A stretch of 57,028 nt of DNA from Hydrurus foetidus (Eukaryota). This document shows positions 27,416 to 40,646 of the stretch, in pieces. The notes beneath the pieces were generated by a model. That model had not been told where the DNA came from and searched no databases. It saw only the letters and a list, made by a program, of their open reading frames with translations. Position numbers and translations under genes: made by a program. The DNA lies in NCBI GenBank assembly GCA_900617105.1, contig UYFQ01000125.1, positions 1 to 57,028 of the forward strand, in the 5' to 3' direction. The first letter of the stretch is position 1. Every line of letters begins with the position of its first letter.

Positions 27416-28633
27416 ATGTCGCTTTGGGCTGATAAATCACGTCCAAATACGCTGAATAAGCTAACTCTACATCCTGAGATCACAGTCCGGTTGCATGCGT
27501 TGGCAAAGAGCGATGAACTTCCACATCTTCTTTTCTATGGACCCTCTGGTGCAGGGAAGAAAACCAGAGTGATGGCTTTGCTGAGAGAAATTTACGGACC
27601 CAGTGTTGAACGCGTTAAATTAGAACACCGATCTTTCAAGACGACGACCAACAAAAGTATTGAGATAACGACCCTCGGTTCCACTAATCATATCGAGTGC
27701 AATCCTTCGGACGCAGGAAATGACGATAGATTTGTAATACAGGAGGTGATTAAGGAAATCGCCTCACACGGTAATCTGCAGTCAGGGACAGCTGGAGCTA
27801 AAGGATTCAAAATAGGTGTGTCTTGGATATTTAGAGGTGTAGCTTAAACTTTGCTGAATTTTGATCTGACAATGTCTCCACTTTCAGTTGTCTTAACTGA
27901 AGTAGATCGGCTATCGAGGCAAGCTCAAGCTGGTCTAAGGAGAACGATGGAGAAGTAAGTTGAAGACATCATATTATTTCTGTATATGAAGAATCTCAAC
28001 TAAAGCCATTCTTCCCTGGCCAGGTATTCGTCACAGTGCCGCATCATACTGATCTGTAATTCGGCATCCAAGATCATCGAGCCTGTGCGATCGCGTTGTC
28101 TGGGAATACGAGTGCCAGCCTCATCTCATGAGGTCATTTCAGATCTTCTTGTTGCTGTTGCCAAGAAAGAACAGTGCGTGTGCCCACAAGAACTCGCTCA
28201 GAGAATCTCCCTTCAATCTGACCGCAATCTCAGACGTGCCCTACTGATGCTAGAAGCGGCTAAGGTGCACAATCCCCCCGGTGCAGCCGGCCTAGCCCCG
28301 AACCTTGTGGTGGAGCTGCCTGACTGGGAGATATACATCAAGCGGCTGTCTCGCGAGATAATGCAGGAGCAGACCCCTTCTATGCTGCTGCAGGCTAGAG
28401 AGATGATGTACGAGTTACTCACCAACTGCATCCCCGCTGATGTCATCATGACCACTCTCACGAGGGAGCTGTGCAAAGTTTTGGACGACTCTCTCAAACA
28501 CGAGTTAGCGCACTGGGCCGCATACTACGAGCATCGCATCAGACTGGGCTCGAAAGACATTTTCCACCTTGAAGCCTTCGTAGCGAAGTTCATGGCGATC
28601 TACAAGAGGTGGCTCATAGCCATGTTCGAGTAA
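27416..28633 (+). CDS. RFC3: Replication factor C subunit 3 (yeast Rfc5 orthologue); exons 27416-27815, 27888-27954, 28024-28633
   Basis: MSLWADKSRP, PHLLFYGPSGAGKKT, spliced VVLTEVDRLSRQAQAGLRRTMEKYS, SRC motif, C-terminal IFHLEAFVAKFMAIYK. Confidence 0.95.
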
Positions 28634-29115
28634 TTACCGACTGTTCTTTCTTCTTCACCAATTACATTGTAAAGTTAACTCTCTTTGTTTGTCAGTAGTT
28701 CTACTAAGCGCTCACCACTTGAGATCGTGTCGTGACACCCTTTCCCTTTCTTGTATCACTTCTTATATTCGGCCTACAGCGCTGCCGTAGGCCTAGTGTA
28801 ATAGGTGACATCAGTCATACAGCACTTTAACCGGACAAACGGTGGGAAGTAAAAAGATCAACATAGTGTGTATAAATGGACTATGTTATTTACACTTGAT
28901 ACATAGGTGGTTGGTTAGATGCATTACATGCTCTCTACCCGTAAATGCACTAGAGAAGGAAATACAACCCCTCTGCAATCTGTGCTGTTTCTTCACGAAG
29001 TGGCTATGTGAATGGTCCTTACGAAACAGTGAAAGTGAAAATGACACAGAACTGCCTGTCAGACATCCGTGTCAGTACAACAGTTCCCAGTCGATATGAT
29101 GAGAACGTACACAAT

Positions 29116-32106
29116 TTACTTGTACTGCTTGCTCTTCACAAAGGCACCGGGAGTGCGATGGCTTTCTTTGTTTACTTTCTTAGTGTCGAACTTGCCCTTA
29201 GAATGCCTCATTTTCCACTGCTGCCTTCCTGAAGACGTGGACGCCTTGCCCATGCCGTGCTTCATGTCACCCGCAGTGAACACTCTGTCTTCCTTCACTG
29301 CACTCACTGCAACCGCACTTGCACTCACTATCTCACTCCCTTCACCTGCCCCCTCACCGACACTAGTGGATCCACCCATCAAGGGGTCGTTCTTCTTGCT
29401 CTGCTGGATCTTACGGTCTATTTGGCCGTCACCTCCCTGGGTGCGCCTTTTCTTGCCCTTACGACCGGTGTTACTGTGCGCTACGCTGCGCATGCTGTGC
29501 GGTATGAGGTACTCAGGTACGTGTTTGAGGTGTTCCTTTTGATGAATTGGGTGCAGTATCGCCTTGTCGTGTCGCAATACCTAAACATAGAACAGTACAT
29601 GTAATGAAAACATAAAATGTAAGTGACGTTACACATTACAGCTGATACAATAGTACGTAACAGAGTACTCTCTCCCACGCATTTTCGTTTTTATATTTAC
29701 CTTTAAGTCGTTAGGATTCTCAGAAAAATGTGCTTTAAGTTTGGTAGAATTTAATATTTCTCTTTTAAGTTCTGCAGTCCTGAATTCTTTAACAGCTGCA
29801 AGTGTAACACTCCGACACGTGTCTTCTACTCGATAGCGAAAACTTTCTAATTCCGTCATGTTGAAGTTGAGTGGTGTGGGCTGCATTCTGCTCTGCTCTT
29901 CTGCTTCTTTGTTACCGATGTTGTCGGTGTGACCTCCTATCGCGGCTAGTACGTTATCTCCCTCTACTACCCCTAGCCGTGGCTGCTGCGACCGCACTAT
30001 ACTGAGCACTTCACTGTCCCTCATTGCTACCGTGTCCCCTCCTTTTATACCGGAGACACCGGCTAAAGGTTCCGGTAGAGACACAAAGGAGAGGGAAGTC
30101 CCACTGGCCCCTCCTCTAGCAGTGCGTCCTATTCTGTGTGTGTATGACGCGGGTGTGGCGGGGAAATCAAAATTTATCACGAAAGATACCCCTTGAAAAT
30201 CAATTCCTCTCGACACTCCGTAGTCAGCATCTCCGTTGGCTTTTCTTTTGTTATAAGCAGCTCCTGCCTTCCCTTCCTTTCCTTTCAAAGGCTTCTTTTC
30301 CTCCACCTTGTCAGATGGTCTCGACCGCTTCCCTGTCTTTGCCTTCACCTCTTCTTCTTCTTCTTCTTCTTCCTCATCATCCGCACTGTCATCCTCTCCC
30401 TCGAGTTGTTCTACTTCTTCATCTTCATCACCGAAGTCAAAATCCTCACCATCTTCTCCCTCTTCTTCCTCCTCTCCCTCCGAAACCTCAAACTCGCCAC
30501 CATCACTATCATCCGATTCTTCTTCTTCTCCTTGATCTATACTGGCATCAGTAGCTATAAGATAGTCGAACACTCCTCTATTGAACTCTTCCAACATGTG
30601 GGTGCGACTGTTGAGCGGCACTTCACTGTTCAGTACCGCTGCTGAGATGAAGAACTGTTGGAGGAAGAGTTTTAACTTGTAGCACTTATTCACGTCATTC
30701 ACAAATATCAATCCTTTGCCCTAAGATTATGACAGAGAGAAAGAGAGAGAGTGAGAGAATGCGTGAGTGAAAGCAAGGGGGTGACAGAGAGAAAGAGGGG
30801 ATGAGTGAGAGAGCGAGAAAGAAGAGTGTGTATAAGAGAGAGAATGAGTGGGTGAGAGAGTGAGTTGATCAAAGTGTGCGACAGTGAAAGATTTTTGTTG
30901 TGATGTTACGTCATGATCAATTCTAAAGTATGCACGGCAGAGAACGTTTAGTGGTTATCGCTTCAGAGCAGAATTTTCGTCGAGTAAAATAAAATATTTA
31001 ATATCTTCTTCAGTCAAAACAGTAGTCATTTTATGATAAAAATGCAGATATTCAAATAAGCCTTGTTGCTGCAGAGAAATTCAAGCGCCATAAATAAGTG
31101 TAGTATAAAATGAATATCACGTAATAAAATTTATGCGTGAAGAAATGCCCAGCTATTGTGAAGATGATCAGACTGACCTGCAACAAACCAAGTTTGATGA
31201 AGACGTATAGGACGAGAAATTTATCACTTTCAGTCGCGTTTAAGTAGAACTGAAGCAGCTGTCCTATTCCTTTCTCCTCCTATGAAATAAACGCCAATAT
31301 TTAGTTGGTAGTTGGTGGTAGGAGAATTTCTACTGATAGGCAATGTGCATCGATTCACCTCAAGTCTTAAAACTGCAGGGTTATGAAGCAGTACTCTTTT
31401 GAACTTATCTAACTCAGGAGATAGCGTTGCAGACATTAGCAACCCCTGGAAAATCTTGGGCATTTTCGATGTAATCGTGTGGACATCCTCTGTATAGCCA
31501 AAGGATAAAACTAAATCAGCTTCGTCTATCACCAGTGTCTTCACGAAGCTCAAATCTATCGAGCCGTTCTTCAGTTGCTGTACCAATCGCGCTGGTGTTG
31601 AAATAACTACGTCTGGTTTACTCTGCAGCTTATGAGTCTGAATGGTGACATTGTCATCAATCAGGCCGCATATGGTAATGTTATCTCTGCAGTAGTATAT
31701 CAGCTCTGTCACATGTTTCTCTATCTGCTTGCATAATTCCTTAGTCGGTGCCAATATGATACACTGCACTCTAGCACTATCATCCTGATCTGCTGCTTTA
31801 CTAGTCAGCAACTTATGGAGTAATGGCAACGAGAAGGCGACAGTTTTTCCTGTATTCGATATGTCATCATTTTTAGCATCACGATACCAAAAGTCTACTG
31901 GTAAAGGTCATTTTGAAAGCTTCCTTACCCGATCCAGTTCTCGCACGAACTAAGACGTCTTTTCCCTGTAATGCAATAGGGATACATCTGGATTGCACAA
32001 GCGTGGGATAGGTGAATCCTAGCTTTGAAAGAGCTTTAATCAGTCTGCGATCCAATCCGAAATCTCTCTGAATCCACGTCTTTTCCTCATCCAACAAAAA
32101 ACTCAT
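29116..32106 (-). CDS. DBP9: DEAD-box RNA helicase DBP9/DDX56, about 5 exons
   Basis: Q motif PTLVQ, ARTGSGKT (spliced), [68 protein letters not shown]. Confidence 0.93.
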
Positions 32107-32489
32107 CTTCAAATAAAGTACTCGAAATACTCAATATCCTCTAAATGAGCCGCTCGCTGGTCAACCTCTTCTCGCGAAATGTCTCCAATTCTTGCCTACC
32201 ACCATAGAAGTTGTCAATATTTGGCAAGTGAACGTTTGAATGAATGGTGCCAAACCTGGAATCCCTTTGGGGACGGGAAATATTTGACACATATCGGGTC
32301 GTTTAGCATGTTCTTGTTGTTTGATGTGAGTCTTGTTTTTTACTGGTTAATTATGCTTCCCTCAACTCAACTTTAATTCGAAATTCCGGAAAATTGGACG
32401 GAAATTCCATCGTTATTTTTTGGTAAGTATGTATTCACAAGTTGGACATAATAATGACATGAAAAAAAAGTTTCTTTTAACTAACATTC

Positions 32490-35400
32490 TTATAAAACTC
32501 GTCCTATGACAGTAGCAGTGCAAAGGACTCTAGATGCAGGATCTTTCGAATCTTTAGTGGCGTCTCTAAGATATATCGAAAATGGAACGATTCTATCCTT
32601 TTTCACTACTTCACTGCTCTGTGCCTTGCCTTCTCCTTCTCCTACCACCTCCGCATTATCTCCTTTACTCTGACTATCACCCTCCTTCCCCACTCTCCCT
32701 CTACTCCCCGCAGGTCTGGGATCAAAGCAAGCAATGCCTTCGTCATTCACATGAAAAGACGCGTCTCTCTCAATCTGTTTCCACGCCTTGGACGCTTTAT
32801 TAACGGAATCGGTAGGTTTAGCCGCATATCCGGGAAAAGAAATCATCGAGCCTAGAGGGACTTCTGATGGCGCGTAGACTGGCGAGAACTTGGATCAAAT
32901 GTGCGGAATTAAACAGTTAGGTAGAGGAATAAGTGATGAGGTTACATGTGACTTTGTTTTACTTGATGAGGTTACATGTGACTTTGTTTTACTTGATGAG
33001 GTTACATGTGACTTTGTTTTACTTGATGAGGTTACATGTGACTTTGTTTTACTTGATGAGGTTACATGTGACTTTGTTTTACTTGATGAGGTTACATGTG
33101 ACTTTGTTTTACTTGATGAGATTACATATGACTTTGTTTTACTTGATGAGGTTACATGTGATGTGATGTGATGTGGATTGAATAAGGGAGTTGTCAAGAG
33201 AAAAGCAGCGCAAGAGATCTAGCAACTAGTACATCAAGAAGAAGGATACGTCATGTACTAGTGATGAACCTGAGCTCTCTCCAGACAATTTGTTGTAACA
33301 TGAGAACAATAGCATGTAAAGTCTTCCAACATGACATCGTTTCTTTTCATCATTATTCTCTCATCGACAATTTTCGCGTAATTATGACAGGACAAACATG
33401 ACAGATAGTAGAATACAAACAATGTAACGCAGTTTAGTTCATCTTTTAACACTTGATAAGAACTACAACTCTTATGTACGTTACAAATGCTGTAACTCAC
33501 GACTGACGCACAATGATTAATGAGATAGTACGTATGCGTATTTACTATTTACCTTGTCGGTTTCATCTGTGCTGAAAAGAAGCATGACGCTGGATGCAAC
33601 ACCAAAGAACGCTCTTTCCTTCAAATTACACAGGACCACCATGTTACGGCCAATTAGGCCGTCCATACCAGAACTATTTCCGGCTATCATTCTTTGAGCT
33701 GTAACTGCCGTCCTAAAAAGAGAACAAGGAAAATGCATTCAGTACTGGTGAATCATGTTCAAATTGAGTGGAGGGATAGTGGTAGTGATATAGGTGTAGG
33801 TAGTGCTTGCAGTAATAACGGATGTACATGATTTCTAAAACTGTCTAGTAACGGAAGAAACACTTCGTGTGAGACACTGATCAACATGAACAATCACAAA
33901 ACATCACATCAAACAGTACACGGCAAAACTGAACAAGAAAATATAAGTAGAAATATAAGCAGATGTACAATGCAAATGCATCGAGAGATGGTTGATCTGC
34001 AGTACCTCATGATTCCGTCACTGGATCCAAGGTCCACCACGGTCACCACTAGATTGAGGGCGGTCGGGTCCGGGTGGGGCCCCACTGACACGACCTTGCC
34101 CACTCGCAGCTAGGAGTGACATGTGATAGAGTAGCAGCGGTAGGGTGCAGGTGTTACGAACAGTTTTATATTTTATAGATTTGACGTCAATATCAAATAC
34201 TATAAAAGTGACAATCAAATTCAAAATAAATATCAAAGTAAGTAAGAATATCAATCACAATAAGTATTAATAAAAATATCACATCATATACGAGAGTTTG
34301 CGTGATAAAAAAGGCTGTGTAATCACTTTCAGTACTATTTGTTTGAGTCCTCACACTCAACCCATATCAGCACTACATCATTTGAGTGTTTTTGCGAATT
34401 GTTTTCACTCATTTTTCGCACCAAACGGATTGGGTAGCGTGCAGTAACGGTTAAGTTGAGTGCACAAAAGACAAGAAGTCGTTCGAAAAGCGAAAAGTGT
34501 GTGAAAGTGAGGTTACAAAAATACTCTGATATTCTTTTCCTTCCTCACCTCTAACAGCGGGAGGGCAAGTTCACTGAGAGTTATACCGGAAGACGTACGG
34601 CCAACAGCTCTCCCTCTGGGATTGGATCCGACTGGCCGGGTAAGTCTACTGGCACTCCTACCACTGTCTCTGTTGCTGTCACTGCTGCCTTCAAGATTAG
34701 AAGGGGCACTGTCCGTGCTCTTGTCCATAACGTCCCTTTCTGCACTTCCCTCTCCCTCTCCTAGTCCTTCTTCATCACCCTCTCCTTCACTCTCCCCTCC
34801 ATCTTCACCCTCACCATCTACTGACGCTGTTCTCGTTCCTCTCGGGCCAGCCCCTCCCATTTCCCATGAAGATTCGTCAGATCTGCTCGATCTAGACCCT
34901 CCCTGTTCGTTGTCCCTTGCAGGCCCTCTACCTCTCACTGATTGTTTAGATGCTGATCCTTGTAACAATTCAAACTCCATCAATCTGCTGTGCGACATGA
35001 GCAGCAACGCATCAACAGCCTCTTCTGCGCTATCAGATGCCCACAGTGCTTCAGCTATAGCTAGATGGCATTCTGACGCTTCGCATCTCAAAAGTCTCTC
35101 TAGTGGCATGTCTAGTAATTTATTACGATGTTCAACTGGTTCCCCTCTCCCAGACAACAATCCCACCTTAATCAAGGTGTCATCAATAGATCTCGAGTTC
35201 TGAATTAAAGGGACTTGGCGTGATAAGTCTCTGAAATGCTCTTCAGGTAGAGGACGGTAGCGGCAGAAGAATTCAAAATGCCAAGGTAAGAAATAAAAGG
35301 TGTGTCTTTTTCCGTGATCATCCGATCCGAAGTGGTCTTTAAAATGCACAGAAAGTTCCCAGTATATAGCAATTCTTTCTTCTGCTGTAGGATACCAGCT

Positions 35401-36417
35401 CTTCTTCTCCGCCCATTCCTTGAATATCCATGGTTTAATAAGAGCACCTCTTCCCGCCATCATAGCTGTAACCCCGCTTCTCAATCCTGTGACGTCATCA
35501 ATATGATGGGGTGCGCCATTGTTACTCTCTAGCATCCTATCCTCCGCTTCGTACCATGTAAGAATGTCGCCATTGCCGATGATAGGCACTCCAGCTTTTC
35601 TGGCTATATCGGATATGATATTCCAATCAGCTGGGCGTGTGTAGCGCTGCTCCATTGTTCTTCCGTGGACGGTGACTGCAGCAACACCAGCGTTGACAAG
35701 CCCTTCAACCACTTCATGAGCATTGATTTTTGAATCAGAGACTCCCAGCCGAATTTTGACCGTCATCGGTAGAGGGGTTGATGCAACTGTTAATCCCACG
35801 AGCTTTTCAAGAGAGCTGGGTCTCTTCAACATCGCAGCACCGAGCCCTCGTCTAGTAGCCTCGTAGATTGGACACCCACAATTCAGATCAATCCATGTAG
35901 CTCCTTCTATAACCGCAAGCTCCGCTGCCCTCAGGGCCTCATCTGAGCTTTTCGTTGCAATTTGAAAGCCGAAGTACTTCTCAGTCGGTCCTTTTTTCGC
36001 TAGAGCTCGCTCCTTCTTCTGGGCCTTATGATATCCCTTGAATAAGTTTCTTGCATAAGCCATCTCGCTCATGGTAAAGTTGGAATTAAAGTCTGCACAG
36101 AGCCTACGAAAGGGTAAATTTCCTCCCCTCGTCAGTGGTGCCAATATCAGCTGATTCTGTAAGCTACTTTGGAACTCTTTTACAGACAGTCGCGGTTGAC
36201 TGCTTACTTCTGCTGTGGAGCTTAAAGATTCATGCGGATGTTTACTGAAGCCGCTGCGAGCATCGTGCATAATATGCCGACCTTGCCTCAGGGATCGAGT
36301 AGTAATCGAGGTGAAAGCCATTATCGGAGAAGGTGGCTGTACCACAAGTATTAAGAAGATGAAATGGGCAAAACGAGATGTTCCATAGATGCTGCTGTAT
36401 GGACCGTCCGCAGACAT
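32490..36417 (-). CDS. tRNA-dihydrouridine synthase (DUS3-like) spliced to a C-terminal tRNA-binding OB-fold (EMAP II/Arc1p/Trbp111-type); exons ~36417-34549, 34109-34006, 33712-33553, ~32888-32490
   Basis: DUS motifs LAPLTRGGNLPFRRLC, IDLNCGCP, TVKIRLG, VHGRT, GNGDI, GRGALIKPWIF. Phase-compatible splices give LLE|LRVGKVVSVGPHP...VDLG...VVLCNLKERAFFGVASSVMLL. The true start codon is uncertain. Confidence 0.85.
32934..33161 (+). repeat. Intronic 30-bp minisatellite, about 7.5 copies (GTTACATGTGACTTTGTTTTACTTGATGAG)
   Basis: Six identical units, one unit with 2 substitutions, and partial units at both ends. Confidence 0.97.
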
Positions 36418-36522
36418 CAGAAAGTTATCAAATTCTTCGAAATGGGCCGCCTCCTTGCAAAAATACCTTGCGTCTCCATCAGTACAACCAGAACTTCTAA
36501 CGAAGGTGGTGACAGCGGAGAC

Positions 36523-36813
36523 TGTCGGGATTCGGCGGTAATCCAGAAACGGAAAACGGTAGAAACAGAATTGGTTTTTAAGTTTACCGAGTGAAAGATT
36601 GTGATTGTGGAATGGAAACGATGAGGTGAATCGAGTGGAATGAATGCAATTGAAATGGACAATGTGTAGCTGTTGGAGAACTGGTCGCGACCAGTTCTCT
36701 TCTGAACTGCTTCAACGTGGAAAGATCGGATCGTCATCGTGCCGTTGGGACCGCTCGGTTGTTCGGTGAGCATTGTGTTGTGTGTTTGTGTTTGAAATGA
36801 CAATGCAATGACA
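36523..36813 (-). repeat. 3' LTR, family B
   Basis: Same sequence as 41844-42134. Confidence 0.97.
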
Positions 36814-36902
36814 TGCGCCGGTAAGTGATATATGATGAATCGATATGTGGCTTATGTTATATTGAGAAATGTGGAGTACTATATGTAGGGAAGGGTGAGA
36901 AA

Positions 36903-39900
36903 TTACAATGATGAGTGAGGGTTGTGTGAAGTAGTTGGAGTGTTGAGTAGTTTGCTGCGGAACCATAAGAATTTGGAGGGGGTGAGGCTTTTGGTGAGTC
37001 CATCGGCAATCATGTCGTGAGTACCTATGTGTTGGGGGACAATCTCTTTGGTTTTGTAAAGCCAGCGTATGTAGTGTGATTTGAGGGCGATGTGGCGGGA
37101 CTTGCGGGTGATCTGGTGTGCGGTGGTCAGATTGATGGCTGGTTGGTTATCTTCGAGGATAACTGTTGGAGATATTTGGGGGAAGCCTAGATCTGCTGCA
37201 AACTGTCGGAAGAATTTGACATCTTTCGCGCATCTTCCGAGGGCGAGATACTCGGCTTCGCAGGGGCTGAGGGCGATGCCGGAAGTTTCAGCGGAAGAGT
37301 GGACGGCGAATGGAGCGTTGGTCGTGCCGATCTGGATAGTGTACGCAGAGTGAGAGTGTCCGTCCGGATGGCATGCGTGGGATGAGTCAGCGGCAGCGAG
37401 GATAGTGACTCCGGATGGAAATGAGGATGGGTTGGCGGAGAAAGTAGGGCCGATGTGGGGGCAGCCTTTGAGATATCGGAGGAGGTGGATTTGTTTTGAA
37501 AGGTCGGATTGGGTTGGGGAAGTGTTTCGAGTGCATAGGTGGACAACTTCTTTTCTGATATCGTGTCGAATGGAAAGTAGGAATATGAGAGTGCCGTTGA
37601 TGCGTAAGAAGCGGGTGCGGTCTACTGGGGTAAGGTCGGATGGGGGTCGAAGAAGTTTGCGGTGGATGGTGTAAGTGCGGGGGGACGAGGTCCATGCCAG
37701 ATTGATGTAAGAACTTAATGATGTGGGCGCCTTGGTCGAGAGTACATGAGTGGTCAGCGTTACGTGTTAGACGGACTCCGCAGACACCTGTCGAAGCATC
37801 ATTGAAGGCTATGGGTCCGTAGCGTCCTGTAAGGATGGTTTTGAGTTCATCGCGTAGTGTACGGGAGCAAGTGACGTACCATCCATCGTCGACATGCATG
37901 TTGAGGGTCAGTGAGTCGGCGGGGTTGTCGGGACATTTCTTATAAAAGCTGTGGTGGTCAGAGGGTGTTGGGTGAAAGCCAGCAGATGTTAGGAGGTTGA
38001 TGAGGTCTTTGTCATATTCGTGGTTGGCTTGCTTTATACCATAGCAACAGCCAGTGATTTCTGCGAGCTTGTTGGCGAGGGGACTTGGGAGGTCGGCCGG
38101 GAGGATCGCGATTAGCTGGTGGCCGTTGGTCATCTCGCGTGTGAGCTTGTTGTGGAGGAAGGCGCCTGGAAAATCGAAGTCTCCAAGAAGGAGCTGGTCG
38201 AGGCAGTTACGGTGTGCAGCATCGGCGAGGTAGGAGCTGAGGATGAAGGCACGATTGGTTGTGTCGGAGGTTCCTGCGTATGTATCGTTGTAGGATTCAC
38301 GTGGTTGGCGGCTACCGTCGATGGCGAGGCGAGCAGTGACAATGCCGTTGGATTTCTTCTTGATCAGCATTTGACTACGTAGGAAGATGGCTTTGGATTC
38401 GACACTGGAACGAGGAATGAGTTGAAGGGACTGGTAGGTGTCAAAATGTTTTCCCAGTTCCTTTGCTATTCCTGCAGCAATGTCGGAGGCAGGTAGGAGC
38501 TGCGAGGCTTTACGTATGGACATTTCAGCACGTTGGGGGGTAAGCGGTTGGGGTTCAAGGAGCGTGTGTCGATTGTTGAGGGGAATTGTTGGAGGATTGT
38601 CTATACGGTGCTGGCGATTGCGAGCTGCGGCGAGTTTAGCATTGTCGAGTTTACGTTGGGCAGCGTTGATGTACGCGGAGGGAGGGGGTAAAGGAGGTGG
38701 GACCAGTGTCGAGGGTAGAGAATAACAGCCTCGCCAGAAGTTGGTGGAATGGGATGAAGGATGGGGTGGAGGGATGGATGAGGAAGGAAATGGAAGGAAT
38801 GGAAGGAATGGATGGGGGGGGGGAATGGAAGGGATGGGGTGGAAGGATGGGGTGGTGGTGGATGGGGGACGGAGGAATGGGGTGGGTGGACGGAATGGTG
38901 GAGGGTGGATGGGAAGGATGAGGATGGACAACGGGGGAGAAGGGATGTGACCTGTCACTGTGGCGATGGCTTCAGTGTGAGGTGTATCAGGGAGTTGAAT
39001 TACAATGTTTGGTGATGGTTGGGTTGATGTCTCTGCGGTTGGAGGGGGTGTTTGTGTGGTTGGAGTTGTTGGAAGGGGTGTTTGTGCGGTTGGAGTTGAA
39101 GGGGGAAGGGGAACGTTGGGGACGAATGGTTTTGGGCTCCAGTTGAAGGGAACGAAGTGACGGGGGAAGGGAGCGGTTGGGCGGCGGGGCACGATTGCAC
39201 CGTTTGCAAGAAGGAAGAGTGTACGGCCGGTGAGAAGATCAGGAGCCATGCATACTCCAAGTTCGGCCTTGGGTTCGGCGTTTGCAGCGGTATGGTTAGC
39301 TCTAGCCAGGGCGTGGCGCTTATCTGTATGTTGAGTTACCATGCAGCAGGAGCCGAATGGGAAGGGGTGGCGGGTGGGTTTGTGGCCGTGGAGGAGTTCA
39401 TTGGGGGTAGATGGAGAACTACGTACGTTGATGAGGGTGTTCCGCGTAGCAGCTATGGCCTTGTGTAGGTAGAGAGTATACTTTAGTGGGAGGTGGTAGG
39501 AGAGGCCTGAGAGGGTGGCGGTTGTAAGCTGCCGGAGGGTGAGGATGGAGCGCTCAACGCGTGCGGCGTGTTCTCCAGGGGGGGAGAGCTGAAGGGAGAT
39601 TCCGAGGGATCCAAGTGGTGCAGCGAGGGAAGTGTTGATCTTCTCACAGTCGCCGTGAAGGGTGTGAACGCGATGGTGATGTGCATTGTACGTGGTGGCG
39701 ATAATGTGGTGTAGGGCTTTGAAGACAGCCGGAGTGGATTTGGATGAGGCACCAACGACGGAGAGGTGGCCAGTGAACTCGTCTACTATGATGATTTCAT
39801 GGGTGTGTAGGCCTGGGGAGGGCTCTGGGAGGAGCTGGGGGTCGAAGCTGAGGACGGCTCCAAGTGAGGTGGCGGGGGCGCTAGTGGAGGGGGGATGGGA

Positions 39901-40646
39901 GGGACTGCGGTGTTTACCAGCGGTGCAGTGGGGGCAAGGGCCGCGGAGTTGGCGGTTAAGGGTGACATCGGAGCAGGTTAAGGTGCTGAAAGGGAGCTTG
40001 CCGGTGGAGAGGTTGACACAGAGGCTGCGATCGGAGGGGTGGCAAAGTTCAATGTGGAGGTCTTCAGCAGCATCAGCGCGAGAGCGCTGCTCAGAGTTGA
40101 TATGGGGTACAGCATGCATGAGGGGTAGGAGGGTAGGCTGCTCTGCGGTAGTATGGGGTACGAGGGAATGCGCGGCCATTGGGGGTGATAGTATGAGAGG
40201 GGTTGATTGATGAAGCGTGGAGGAGGGCGGCGAAGTCTACAGGGGTGGGCTAAGAGGGGTCCTGAGGGGGAGGAGCGGATAGTGACGTGACTAAGGGGGC
40301 GAAGGGGGTCAGGTCCATATGTAGCACCGCAGCGTTGCATTTGGCCCAGGCTGAAGAGGTTAACGGGTAGTGTCGGAGAAAAGTAGGCAGAGTTCATAGC
40401 GTTGGTGGTGGGGAGGCAGAGGAGGCGGCCGCGATGGGTGACCGAGCAGGAGCCGCCGACACCTCCGATGGAGAAGGTGTGAGGGAGTGGAGCAAGATCG
40501 TAGAGTAGGGAGGCATCATTGACAGTGTGGAAGGAGCAGGCGTTATCCCAGTAGGACTGATGGTGGTTGAGTGAGGTTGGTGTACTGGAGGAAGCGAGGG
40601 CGAGTGGACGGGAGAAAAGTGCAAGGGAGGTCGTGGGGGCTGGTAG
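36903..40646 (-). pseudogene. Family B pol (PR-INT-RT-RNase H), several frameshifts as assembled
   Basis: Protease YWDNACSFHTVN; integrase H..H..CPHC, LSFDP, HGDCE, VERSI; RT TARLAIDGS, FDFPGAFL, CYGIKQA, HVDD; RNase H SPCEAEY, LEDNQ, IADGLTK; stop at 36905-36903. Confidence 0.9.

Noticed and set aside
32934..33161. 30-bp repeats as a CRISPR array or repeat protein (three overlapping ORFs)
   Set aside because: Head-to-tail units with no spacers, inside a predicted intron of a eukaryotic gene; the ORFs are by-products of a 30-nt stop-free unit.
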